Positions 20,511-32,523 of a stretch of 64,000 nt of DNA are shown here, one piece after another. The first letter of the stretch is position 1. The number at the start of each line of letters is the position of its first letter. Both the position numbers and the translations under genes were made by a program. The stretch covers positions 197,512-261,511 of the forward strand of contig CAVOQS010000008.1 in NCBI GenBank assembly GCA_963698415.1, given 5' to 3'. A model generated the notes under the pieces. That model was not told the origin of the DNA. It saw nothing but the letters and a program-made list of their open reading frames with translations, and searched no databases. This DNA is from an uncultured Gammaproteobacteria bacterium (GTDB taxonomy: Bacteria; Pseudomonadota; Gammaproteobacteria; Steroidobacterales; Woeseiaceae).

Positions 20511-22715
20511 CTACTTGAAGCCGTCGTCCTTGCAACGCAGCGAGCTGTCGGCGTTGCGGTAGCATGCCCTCAGCCGGAAGCTCTCGGCGTCTGGCGACAG
20601 GGATCGTATCGTCATGACGGCATTGAAGGAATTGCCCGGTTCCACGAGCTTGCGTGGGTCGAGATCATCGGGAAGGTATTCTGCCGGATCGAGCGTAAAT
20701 CCGCCGACGGGTTCCTCGTAGCGATCGGTAAACGAAATGCCGATGATGGGGTAGGGGAGCGGCTTGTCGGAATTGTTGCCCATGCGAGAGAAAATCACGA
20801 CGCTGCTGTCGCTCTCGTCCACGCTGGGCGTTTCCGCTTCGTCTGTGGTTTCCACGCTGCTTCGAGTTGTTTCAAAGCGCCAGCCGGTTACATCCCAGTC
20901 TGGCTGCAACGGCATGCCGAGAGCACGATACAAGGGACCTGCAACGTTGTTGAACGCAGGAATGGTGGCCAGCGCCTCGCGCGACTGGTGCAGGGCCTGG
21001 ATACTCAGCAGCAGGACCAATGCCACCGCGCCACCGATCATGCCCCACCGCCGGCCGCCCGTGCGAGCAGCCATCTCGGCTTCGCGTTCGGCCGCCGCCG
21101 CGGCAGCCAGGCTGGCGGCCGCTGCCACGTTCAATTCTTGCTTGTCACCGTCGAACCCGGTACTGAAATCTTCGCCTTCCATGACGATGGTTTCAAAACC
21201 CGCACTGGTGTCAGTGAGGTCCAGCGCAGCCCGCTTGTCTTTCTTTTTCTTTTTCTCGCGCGCCTTCGACTCGGCCGCGTCTTCAGCAATAACGATCGTT
21301 GACGCGAAACCGTCCTCGTCCTGCACGGCAAGGGCAAGAAGGTCCTGATCGATCTGCATATTGATCGTCTGTTCTTCTTCAGTTAGCGGCGCGATGTCGA
21401 ATTCGTAGACCGCGGCCGAGCTCTCGACGTCCTCGACGTCCTCGAACTTGTCCTCGGCGTCATCGATCAGTGCGAGCTGAGCGTTCTCGTCGGGTTCGCC
21501 GGGATCCGCATCAGCCTCCCGCTGTTCATCCTTGCCTGCCTCTTCCGCTTCCTCATAAGGCCCATCTTCGAGAAATTCGTCTTCATCAACCTCCTGAACG
21601 AGGTCCTCGTCGAGGAGGTCTTCGATGTCCTTGTCTTCTTCGGCACTGTCCTCAAGCAGCAGTTCGAGGTCGACGTCTTCTTCAACTTCAGGCTCTTTGA
21701 GCGATTCGTGCATGCCACTGAGGTCTATTCCCATGGCCTCGGCCTGCAATGCAAACTGAGAATCCATGTCGAGCAACTCGTCGATATCACTGACAACGGC
21801 TTCCGGCCCTTCCGGCGCGCGCTCGAATTCTTCCGGCCCGGACTCGATTTCGTCGGGTTCGAGGTCGGGCTCTTCTGCCTCGTCCTCCTCCAGCGCTTCC
21901 AGGTCATCGAGTTCAGCGTCAAGTGGGGCTGGTGCGGCGACTGCGTCGACGAGGTCCTCGAATTCGCCGAGGATATCGGTCCATTCGTCGGGCTCGCTCA
22001 GGTCGAGATCCGCCTGCAATCCCGCTTGTATGTGTTTCGCAGGCTCAGCCGGCTGGTCCACCGTCTCGGCGACCGGCGCTCGTGAGAACCAGGACTCGTC
22101 GTCCAGATCGAAATCATCGGGTAACGGAGTGTTGTCGTCGAAGCGCAGTTCGTCGACCGACGTTTTCGCGGGTTCGTCATCCGGCTCTTCGAAAATCTCG
22201 GGCGCGTCGACTTGCGGCGGCGTGTTAGTCAGGAACTGGTCGACTGGCGTTGGCGATTCGTCAAGCAACTCGTCTATGTCCAGCGAAAGCGCGCCCAAAT
22301 CATCTGCCCGCAGATCGTTTGCCGGGGATGCATCGGCATCTTCCTCATTCGCGACCGAGTCCGAGGCGGCCTCGCCGACATCGTCGTCATCGAGTACGCG
22401 CCATTCGACGCCCGTATCCTCGATGCGAATATTGGAGCCGGCAAGTTCATCCAGTGTCTTTAGCAACGCGGCGCTTTGTTCGGCCGAAATTGAGGCAGGC
22501 AGGCCGCTGTCTTTGGGCAAGGGTTCAGGCTTGAGTTCGGGCAGTGCGGCGTCCGCGTCCCTGGGGGCAGGTCGTTCGGGCATCGACTCCGAGAGGTAAT
22601 CGAGGGCGTTGAACGCATTGCCGCAGCCACCGCAACGGACTTTGCCGGCGGCCATCTTGAGCACATCCGCAGTGACGCGAAATGCGGTGCTGCAATCAGG
22701 ACATTGCGTATACAT
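20511..22715 (-). CDS. Zinc-ribbon (MJ0042-type) / DUF3426 protein with a very long acidic linker
   Basis: N-terminal CPDCSTAF...CGGCGNAF zinc ribbon, about 420 aa of D/E-rich low complexity, one TM helix, then a C-terminal DUF3426-like beta domain. It occupies the prmA-dusB slot, as in pseudomonads. Confidence 0.7.
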   Translation of the reverse strand: MYTQCPDCSTAFRVTADVLKMAAGKVRCGGCGNAFNALDYLSESMPERPAPRDADAALPELKPEPLPKDSGLPASISAEQSAALLKTLDELAGSNIRIEDTGVEWRVLDDDDVGEAASDSVANEEDADASPANDLRADDLGALSLDIDELLDESPTPVDQFLTNTPPQVDAPEIFEEPDDEPAKTSVDELRFDDNTPLPDDFDLDDESWFSRAPVAETVDQPAEPAKHIQAGLQADLDLSEPDEWTDILGEFEDLVDAVAAPAPLDAELDDLEALEEDEAEEPDLEPDEIESGPEEFERAPEGPEAVVSDIDELLDMDSQFALQAEAMGIDLSGMHESLKEPEVEEDVDLELLLEDSAEEDKDIEDLLDEDLVQEVDEDEFLEDGPYEEAEEAGKDEQREADADPGEPDENAQLALIDDAEDKFEDVEDVESSAAVYEFDIAPLTEEEQTINMQIDQDLLALAVQDEDGFASTIVIAEDAAESKAREKKKKKDKRAALDLTDTSAGFETIVMEGEDFSTGFDGDKQELNVAAAASLAAAAAAEREAEMAARTGGRRWGMIGGAVALVLLLSIQALHQSREALATIPAFNNVAGPLYRALGMPLQPDWDVTGWRFETTRSSVETTDEAETPSVDESDSSVVIFSRMGNNSDKPLPYPIIGISFTDRYEEPVGGFTLDPAEYLPDDLDPRKLVEPGNSFNAVMTIRSLSPDAESFRLRACYRNADSSLRCKDDGFK

Positions 22716-22728
22716 CAGTCTTGCAAAC

Positions 22729-23619
22729 CTATCGTTTCAAACCCGTCAATCGTGACCAAATCTGGCCATCCTGCTCCCTGAAAACGGGTTCCTCGAACTC
22801 GATCCAGGCCTTGTATGCTGCCATTACCTCGTCGGCTTGTTCACATAATACGCCGGACAATGCAAGCATACCGCCCCGCGCGAGCAGAGATGTGATGGAA
22901 TCGGCAAACTGGGCAAGCGGACCGGCCAGAATATTGGCCACGACGACGTCGAATTGGCCCTCAATGCCGTCCGGACTGCCCGTAACGAGCAGCTTTTGGT
23001 CCACATCGTTGGCGACAGCGTTCTGGCGTGTGGCGATGACAGCCTGGGGATCGATGTCCATAGCCGTCGCGGCAGGGCAGCCCAGCTTGAGACCCGCGAT
23101 TGCGAGGACGCCGGAGCCGCAGCCGTAATCGAGCAGAGTCCTGCCGGTGAGATCGATTTCGTCGAGCCACTCGAGGCAGAGCGCTGTCGTGGCGTGCGTG
23201 CCGGTGCCAAAGGCGAGGCCCGGGTCCAGATTAATGACGATCGCGTCATCGTCATCGACCTCACTGCCTGTCGGGCAGATCCACAAGCGCTCGCCAAAAC
23301 GCATCGCTCCGAAGTCGCGGAGCCACTCGCGCTCCCAGGCGCGGTCGGCAAGCGCTTCGATACGGTGTTGAGGTAATTCGTCGAGGCCGAGCTCGGCCAG
23401 CAGTGCGGCTCGAAAAGCCTGCATATCGGTGTCGCCCGGAAACAGGCCTGTAATGCGGGTATTGGTCCACAGCGGGGTCTCGCCCGGGCCCGGCTCGAGC
23501 ACAGGGTCGTCGCCCGCATCGGACAAGGTGACTGAACTCGCGCCAAGTCGGCCGAACAGCTCCTCGACAGTGGCAGGGTCAAGCGATTCGAGGTCCATGA
23601 CGAACTGGCACCAGTCCAT
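22729..23619 (-). CDS. prmA: Ribosomal protein L11 methyltransferase
   Basis: 296-aa ORF with the SAM motif LDYGCGSGVLAIA and a PrmA N-terminal domain. Confidence 0.9.
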   Translation of the reverse strand: MDWCQFVMDLESLDPATVEELFGRLGASSVTLSDAGDDPVLEPGPGETPLWTNTRITGLFPGDTDMQAFRAALLAELGLDELPQHRIEALADRAWEREWLRDFGAMRFGERLWICPTGSEVDDDDAIVINLDPGLAFGTGTHATTALCLEWLDEIDLTGRTLLDYGCGSGVLAIAGLKLGCPAATAMDIDPQAVIATRQNAVANDVDQKLLVTGSPDGIEGQFDVVVANILAGPLAQFADSITSLLARGGMLALSGVLCEQADEVMAAYKAWIEFEEPVFREQDGQIWSRLTGLKR

Positions 23620-23635
23620 CCCTTACCGCTCCAGG

Positions 23636-24979
<1,344 letters not shown>

Positions 24980-24993
24980 GTTGGCGGTCTCGC

Positions 24994-25458
24994 TTAGTCA
25001 CCGTGGCGCTGGTCGATGACGAACAACACCTGCCCAAATTCGACAGGCTCGCCATTCTGGATGCGGATCGACTTGATGACGCCCGAGACGTCCGATTCGA
25101 TCTGGTTCATCATCTTCATCGCTTCGATAATACAAAGCGTGTCGCCCTCGCTGACGCGATCGCCGACTTGCACGTATGCCGCTGCGCCAGGTGATGAGGC
25201 TGAATAGAATGTGCCTACCATCGGCGCCGTGACCTCAAAGCCGTCTTCTTCGACGACCGCGGCCGGCGCCGCAGCAGGCGCTGCTGCGGACGGGGCGGCG
25301 GCAACTGGCGCCGCGGCAACCGCGGGTGCCGGCGCGGCTGGTGCATGCGCCGAGTAACGGCTGATTCTTACCGATTCCTCTCCCTCGGTAATCTCAATTT
25401 CCGCTATGCCGGATTCATCCAGCAGTTCGATCAGCTTTTTTACTTTTCTAATATCCAT
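24994..25458 (-). CDS. accB: Acetyl-CoA carboxylase biotin carboxyl carrier protein
   Basis: 154-aa ORF with an Ala/Pro linker and the biotinylation motif EAMKMMN. Confidence 0.9.
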   Translation of the reverse strand: MDIRKVKKLIELLDESGIAEIEITEGEESVRISRYSAHAPAAPAPAVAAAPVAAAPSAAAPAAAPAAVVEEDGFEVTAPMVGTFYSASSPGAAAYVQVGDRVSEGDTLCIIEAMKMMNQIESDVSGVIKSIRIQNGEPVEFGQVLFVIDQRHGD

Positions 25459-25460
25459 CT

Positions 25461-25910
25461 CTACCCCTCGGCCTTTGCGACGTATCGACTGGCGGCCTGC
25501 AACGCCAGTTCGTAGCCGTATGCCCCAAACCCAAACAGGCAGCTACTCGCGATATCGCTAAAGTAGCTGTTATGCCGAAAATCCTCCCGCGCAAAGGTAT
25601 TGCTGAGGTGGATCTCGATAAACGGAATCTGAACCGCGAGCAACGCGTCGCGCAAGGCGATGCTCGTGTGCGTAAACGCGCCCGGGTTCAGGATAATGAA
25701 AGCGATCCCATCGGTCGCAGCCTGTTGCACGCGATCGATGAGTTCATGTTCGGCATTGCTCTGAAAACAAACCAGTGAATGCCCGAGCGCTTTCGCGGCC
25801 TGCACGCAACGAGCCTCGATGTCGGCCAGGCGGTCCGCGCCATAGACCTCGGGCTCGCGTGAGCCGAGCAGGTTCAGGTTTGGGCCATTAATTAGCAGAA
25901 AATCGGACAT
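25461..25910 (-). CDS. aroQ: Type II 3-dehydroquinate dehydratase
   Basis: 149-aa ORF with [20 protein letters not shown] ... SNAEHELID motifs. Confidence 0.9.
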   Translation of the reverse strand: MSDFLLINGPNLNLLGSREPEVYGADRLADIEARCVQAAKALGHSLVCFQSNAEHELIDRVQQAATDGIAFIILNPGAFTHTSIALRDALLAVQIPFIEIHLSNTFAREDFRHNSYFSDIASSCLFGFGAYGYELALQAASRYVAKAEG

Positions 25911-25980
25911 CGTATTGTTGTTCTGGTGATTTAGCCGACGATGGCGGCAATTCTACCCCTTTTTTCCGATTTTTGTGCAA

Positions 25981-26038
25981 CCAATAAGGTACCGGACACC
26001 CTATTTCGGAGGGAATAGGGTGTCCGGTACCCTATTGG
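25981..26038. repeat. REP-like perfect palindrome, family A copy 1
   Basis: GGTACCGGACACCCTATT (25988-26005) and its exact reverse complement (26014-26031) flank an 8-nt loop. Flanks CCAATA/TATTGG extend the stem. It abuts the stop of the TlpA-like gene. Confidence 0.8.
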
Positions 26039-26641
26039 TTAGAGGAGGTCGAAGGCGCCGCGCGCTTCGTCTTTGCTGATCTCGCCCTTGTCGAGGAGGG
26101 TCAGGATGCGAACCACGTCGTCGAGGTGGGACTGGTGCAGTTCGCCAATGTACGCACCCACGTACTCACCGTCTTTCGCCACGAACATCGTGAACGGCAT
26201 GCCGATAAATTCGATCCCGGACGACTCCGCGACTGCCATGGCATCCTGCTGGCCGACCAGCACCGGGTAGTTGAATTGCGCTTCTTCAGCGTAGTTCGCA
26301 ACCTGTTCCGGGTAGTCCACTGCGATGCCGAGTACCTGGTAGTCGTCGTCGCCATGTTCCGCCTGGAAATCTTTCAGGAGCGGAATCTCGCGCCTGCATG
26401 GCGCGCACCAGGTCGCCCAGAAATTCACCAGCCGGTGCTTGCCATCCCATTCGGAGAAATCCCGAGCCACACCTTCAATGTCCGGAAGTGTGAACGCCGG
26501 ATGCGAAACCGCTTCCAGTTGCGCGGGTTGGGGCGGCGCGGGAGGCGCTTCGACTTCGACGGGAATGCGCGCGGCATAAAACAACGCGCCTGCCATCAAG
26601 GCAAGCAGTGCCGTCGCGAAGATCAGCATGACTCGTGACAC
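26039..26641 (-). CDS. TlpA/ResA-family thiol:disulfide oxidoreductase (membrane-anchored thioredoxin-like)
   Basis: 200-aa ORF with an N-terminal TM helix and the WATWCAPCRRE active site. Start is either GTG 26641 or ATG 26629. Confidence 0.7.
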   Translation of the reverse strand: MSRVMLIFATALLALMAGALFYAARIPVEVEAPPAPPQPAQLEAVSHPAFTLPDIEGVARDFSEWDGKHRLVNFWATWCAPCRREIPLLKDFQAEHGDDDYQVLGIAVDYPEQVANYAEEAQFNYPVLVGQQDAMAVAESSGIEFIGMPFTMFVAKDGEYVGAYIGELHQSHLDDVVRILTLLDKGEISKDEARGAFDLL

Positions 26642-26653
26642 GGTGAAACCCGG

Positions 26654-28888
26654 TTAGTTGCGTTGGGCGACAGTCTGAGCCGTACCGAGGGCCTGTTGCA
26701 AGTGCAGGACGAAATCTTCTGCTTTCATGTAACCCACGACTTCGTAGCCATTGCGCTGCTCGCCGTCCGTCCCGAAAAAGATAATGGTCGGTGGGCCGAA
26801 TACGCCGAAACGATTCAGGAGTTCCTGATCCGCCTCGTCATTGGCCGTGACGTCCGCCTGAATCCAGACGGTATTCGACAGCGCGGCCTGAACTTCCTCA
26901 TCGGTGAATGTGTAGGCCTCCATTTCCTTGCACGAGACACACCAGTCCGCATAGAAATCGAGAAATGCCGTCTTGCCCTGGCTCGACGCGGCAGCGAGTT
27001 CGCGATCGAGGTCGGCCACGGTCTTGATGCGTTTGAATGGCAACTCGTGTTCGGCCTCGGCGACCATGGTCGCGCCACCGAGGTTGACGCTCGCGAGTGG
27101 CTTCAGCGGATTGCTGCCACCGGTGAGCGCGCCGAGCAGCAGCACGACGCCGTAGATGATGGCGAGAAATCCGAATCCCTTGCCGAGTTTCTGTGCGGCG
27201 GACGATTCACTCGTCAATGTTGTCAGGCCACCGAGGAATACGCCGCTCATGAAGATCAATACTGCCCACAGCAACATGGTCACTTCGCCCGGCAAGATGC
27301 GAGACAACATCCAGATAGCGAGACCCAGCATCATGAAGCCGAATGCGTTCCTGACAGCGACCATCCACGGGCCGGCCTTCGGCAGGAACTTGCCCTGTGC
27401 GGCACCGACGAGCAGTAGCGGGGCGCCCATGCCGAGGCTCATCGCAAACAATGCGCTGCCGCTTCGCACCATGTCGCCGGTCTGTGCCATCACGGTCAAC
27501 GCGGCGATCAATGCGGGTGCAACGCAGGCCGTCACGATCAGCGCGGACAATGCGCCCATGATGAAAGCACCAACCGTTGTGCCGCTCTTCTGGTTACCGC
27601 TGACTCCCGCGAGTTTGGTCTGGATGCCGCTTGGCATTTGCAGCTCATAGACGCCGAACATGCCGAGTGCCAGTACGACGAACAGGCCCGAGAACAGGAT
27701 CAGGATCCATGGCTGGTTAAACGTCGCCTGCAGTTGCATGCCGGCGGCCGCCGCCGCGATTCCCGCACCCGTGTATACGAGTGCCATGCCAAGGACGTAG
27801 CTCAGTGCCAGGGTAAAGCCACGCATGGGTGTGACGTCTTCTCCCTCACCGGCAATGATTCCGGACAGGATCGGGACCATCGGCAGCACGCAGGGCGTAA
27901 AGGCGAGGCCGAGTCCGGCGAGGAAGAACAAGCCTGCCGCGACCCAAATGCTTGATCCGGTGATGATGTTTGCGAGCCGGGCCTGTTCGCTGACCGGTGC
28001 ATCCGGGGTTGTCGCCAGCGCACCGACAGTCGTCGCAGTGGGCAGACTGACCGTGAGCACTCGCGTCTGCGGCATGTAGCAAAGACCGCCTTCGGCGCAG
28101 CCCTGGTAGCCAAATTCGATGTCGAGTTCCATGGCATCCGGCGTCGCGCGAGCGATGGCCAGCGGCGCGATGAAACTGTCGAGATAGACCTCCATGTCGC
28201 CGAAGTACTCGTCGTTCTTCATCTTGCCCTTGGGCAGGTCCCAGCGACCGGTCTGCGCGTTCTCGCTGAGCGAACGAACGGACAGCTTGTCTTTGTAAAT
28301 GTAGAAGCCCGGGACGATGCGAATGCCGATCTCGACGGCATTGCCATCGACCGCGAAGATCTCAGGAAAGAACACTTCGTCGACCGGCGGGAACTCGCTG
28401 TTGGCACCCAGGTTGCCGAACCCCAGTTCGGCCTTGCCGCTGAGGGTGCTTACCTTGCGCAGCTTGACTGACTCGGTCCAGGTCTGGGGCGGGTAGCAGA
28501 TGCCGATGTTGTCGTCGCAGCCCTGGCTCTTGATGATGAGGTCCGCCGTCGCAGGGCGGTCGCCCTCGACGGTGTACGGGATCGTTACAAAGAAGAAGTC
28601 CCGGTAGATATCCTGTTTGCCGAAGAACTCGTCCTCGTGGGGAATCCCGTCCGGCAATTGCGGCTCGCCAAGAACGATGCCCGCGGTGCCGCTCTCGAAG
28701 GCCAGCTTGTTCTTGTAAAGATAGGCGTGTTTGTAGATTGCCCAGTCAATCTCGAATGCGTCGCCCGTATCGGTCACGACGTACTTGTAGGCTTCGGTGG
28801 CCGGCAGCAACTCATCCTCGGCCATAGCGGGGGCGGCCAGCGACAATGCCAGGGCAAGGGCGAACAGTGCTTTCAAAGTCTTTCTCAT
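26654..28888 (-). CDS. dsbD: Protein-disulfide reductase DsbD with duplicated N-terminal domain
   Basis: Signal peptide from ATG 28888. Two nDsbD-like modules (QGCDDNIGICYPPQ and QGCAEGGLCYMPQ), a TM core with the CVLPM motif, and a C-terminal thioredoxin domain WCVSCK. Confidence 0.85.
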   Translation of the reverse strand: MRKTLKALFALALALSLAAPAMAEDELLPATEAYKYVVTDTGDAFEIDWAIYKHAYLYKNKLAFESGTAGIVLGEPQLPDGIPHEDEFFGKQDIYRDFFFVTIPYTVEGDRPATADLIIKSQGCDDNIGICYPPQTWTESVKLRKVSTLSGKAELGFGNLGANSEFPPVDEVFFPEIFAVDGNAVEIGIRIVPGFYIYKDKLSVRSLSENAQTGRWDLPKGKMKNDEYFGDMEVYLDSFIAPLAIARATPDAMELDIEFGYQGCAEGGLCYMPQTRVLTVSLPTATTVGALATTPDAPVSEQARLANIITGSSIWVAAGLFFLAGLGLAFTPCVLPMVPILSGIIAGEGEDVTPMRGFTLALSYVLGMALVYTGAGIAAAAAGMQLQATFNQPWILILFSGLFVVLALGMFGVYELQMPSGIQTKLAGVSGNQKSGTTVGAFIMGALSALIVTACVAPALIAALTVMAQTGDMVRSGSALFAMSLGMGAPLLLVGAAQGKFLPKAGPWMVAVRNAFGFMMLGLAIWMLSRILPGEVTMLLWAVLIFMSGVFLGGLTTLTSESSAAQKLGKGFGFLAIIYGVVLLLGALTGGSNPLKPLASVNLGGATMVAEAEHELPFKRIKTVADLDRELAAASSQGKTAFLDFYADWCVSCKEMEAYTFTDEEVQAALSNTVWIQADVTANDEADQELLNRFGVFGPPTIIFFGTDGEQRNGYEVVGYMKAEDFVLHLQQALGTAQTVAQRN

Positions 28889-28995
28889 AGGGTGGCTCGA
28901 GTGTTTGGACCCCAACGGGATGCCGATTGTTACGCCTCAGGCGCACGATGTCATGGGTCTGAGTCTTATTTCTTAGAAATTCCCTCACTATCGCC

Positions 28996-29024
28996 CTTGA
29001 AATTTGGCGCTTCATGCCTATCAT
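28996..29024 (+). promoter_or_regulatory. Putative sigma32-type promoter of groESL
   Basis: CCCTTGAAA (-35, TTGAAA at 28997-29002), a 13-nt spacer, then GCCTATCAT. Compare consensus CTTGAAA-N13/14-CCCCATNT. Confidence 0.5.
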
Positions 29025-29050
29025 TAGCACTCCTTGAGGCCGAGTGCTAA
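29024..29050. promoter_or_regulatory. CIRCE operator (HrcA binding site)
   Basis: TTAGCACTC-CTTGAGGCC-GAGTGCTAA is a perfect match to the CIRCE consensus TTAGCACTC-N9-GAGTGCTAA. It lies 66 nt upstream of the groES ATG. Confidence 0.85.
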
Positions 29051-29115
29051 CAACACGCGGTCCGAAAGCCGACAAAATACGGTTTTAAATCAATAGTTTA
29101 TAGGAGAAATGCACC

Positions 29116-29406
29116 ATGAAGATGCGTCCGCTTCATGACCGGGTCATCGTTAAGCGCACTGAAGAAGAGCGCACGTCACCTGGCGGAATCGTCATTCCTG
29201 ACGCCGCAGCTGAAAAGCCCATTAAGGGAAAAGTTGTAGCCGCAGGTAACGGCAAAATACTCGAGAACGGCGACATTCGCCCTCTCGATGTCAAAGTTGG
29301 TGACCAGGTTCTGTTCGGTAAGTACGCCGGTACAGAGGTCAAGGTTGATGGTGAAGAACTGCTCGTGATGAAGGAAGACGACATCATGGCGGTAATCGAA
29401 AAGTAA
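29116..29406 (+). CDS. groES: Co-chaperonin GroES
   Basis: 96-aa ORF beginning [14 protein letters not shown]. Confidence 0.95.
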   Translation: MKMRPLHDRVIVKRTEEERTSPGGIVIPDAAAEKPIKGKVVAAGNGKILENGDIRPLDVKVGDQVLFGKYAGTEVKVDGEELLVMKEDDIMAVIEK

Positions 29407-29417
29407 AGAGGGACTAG

Positions 29418-31064
<1,647 letters not shown>

Positions 31065-31141
31065 GAGCGCGCCTCTGATTTGACAGAGGTCGCTCGCGCA
31101 CATCCCTGTGCTCCGCGACATAAGGCCATTCATGGCCAAAA

Positions 31142-31168
31142 AGCCCGGCCTCGCGCCGGGCTTTTTTT
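31142..31168 (+). terminator. Rho-independent terminator after groEL
   Basis: AGCCCGGC-ctcgc-GCCGGGCT followed by TTTTTTT. Confidence 0.8.
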
Positions 31169-31207
31169 GGCCGCTTGTCGCTACAATGGACCGCAGAGGA
31201 GGACGTC

Positions 31208-32458
31208 ATGCAGGTTTTTGTCGTTGCGGTTTCTGTGGCACTCATCGTGTCTTTCATGTGCTCGATCTTCGAGTCCGTGCTGTTGTCTCTCAGTCACGCC
31301 CAGGTCGAGGTGCTGGCAAATAAGGGAAAACCCTCCGGCCGGATTCTGAAGGCCTTTAAAGAACGGATTGATATTCCAATTTCGGCGATTCTGATTACGA
31401 ATACGGCGGCCCACACTATTGGCACGGCCGTGGCCGGCGCGAGCTATTCGGAGGCATTTAGCCCCGACTCGCTGTGGATATTTACGGTCGTGTTTACGAT
31501 CGCCGTGCTGTTGTTTACAGAAATCATTCCCAAAACTCTCGGGGTCGCCTATGCAAGACAGTTGGCCAAACCGGTCGCCTACGGGATTCAGGCGCTGGCA
31601 GCCATACTTCGGCCGCTGGTACTGGCGAGCGAGGCCATTTCCCGGTCTCTGCGCAGCGACAAGTCCGGCCCTGTCACCTCGCTCGAAGAGATTCGGCTGC
31701 TCGCGACGATTGGACACAGCGAAGGCGTCGTCGGGACGCAGATCGCACAAATGATCGTTGGCGCGTCGGAGCTGCGTAAGTTGTCAGCGACGAATGTGAT
31801 GGTGCCCCGGCAAGATGTCGCGTTCCTGTCGAGCGAGGATGCCCCTGACAGGGTAATACGAAGGATCAACGAGTCAGGCTTCAGTCGCTTTCCGTATTCT
31901 CCCACCGGAGATCTCGATCAGGTTATCGGGGTCGTGTACGCAAAGGAAATCCTGGCCCAGCTCGTCGTGGCCAGGGCCGACCTGATCGAGTGGCAACAGC
32001 TGGTGCATGAGCCCGTGGTTGTGCCGGAAACAGTGGCGCTTGACTCGTTGCTGCGCACGTTCCGCCAGACGCGCAGGCACATGGCACTCGTCGTCGATGA
32101 GTACGGGGATTTCCAGGGCATCGTGACGCTTGAGGATGTCATCGAGGAAATCGTTGGAGACATTTTCGACGAATCGGATCTTCCCAGCGAGGACCTTTGG
32201 CAACGGCCGGACGGCTCGGTGCGGGCGTTCGGGACCGCCGAGCTACATCGGATTTGCCGCATGCTGGGCGAGGAAATGCCCGGCGGTACCGAGATCGCGA
32301 CAGTCGGTGGACTGTTGAGCGAATCACTGGGCCGTATTCCCGAAGTCGGGGATACGCTCGACTGGCGGGGCCATCGCCTGACCGTCCTGTCGGCAGGGCC
32401 GCGGGGCGCCGACCTCGTGTCCATTGGTCGGCAGCGAAAGACGGAGGTGGAGCAGTGA
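31208..32458 (+). CDS. CNNM/HlyC-CorC family transporter (DUF21-CBS pair-CorC_HlyC)
   Basis: ATG 31208 follows GGAGGA. N-terminal 4-TM DUF21, then CBS pair, then a C-terminal CorC_HlyC-like domain. Confidence 0.8.
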   Translation: MQVFVVAVSVALIVSFMCSIFESVLLSLSHAQVEVLANKGKPSGRILKAFKERIDIPISAILITNTAAHTIGTAVAGASYSEAFSPDSLWIFTVVFTIAVLLFTEIIPKTLGVAYARQLAKPVAYGIQALAAILRPLVLASEAISRSLRSDKSGPVTSLEEIRLLATIGHSEGVVGTQIAQMIVGASELRKLSATNVMVPRQDVAFLSSEDAPDRVIRRINESGFSRFPYSPTGDLDQVIGVVYAKEILAQLVVARADLIEWQQLVHEPVVVPETVALDSLLRTFRQTRRHMALVVDEYGDFQGIVTLEDVIEEIVGDIFDESDLPSEDLWQRPDGSVRAFGTAELHRICRMLGEEMPGGTEIATVGGLLSESLGRIPEVGDTLDWRGHRLTVLSAGPRGADLVSIGRQRKTEVEQ

Positions 32459-32523
32459 CAAGAGCCGTCTATCGAAGCCGAAGGCCCTGAAGGGGGCGCA
32501 TCTCCTCCTGCTGGTCCTCGATC

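Noticed and set aside
21766-22599. 277-aa Ser-rich ORF on the plus strand
   Set aside because: It is the mirror image of the GAx-rich acidic linker of the DUF3426 gene. Low-complexity antisense artefact.
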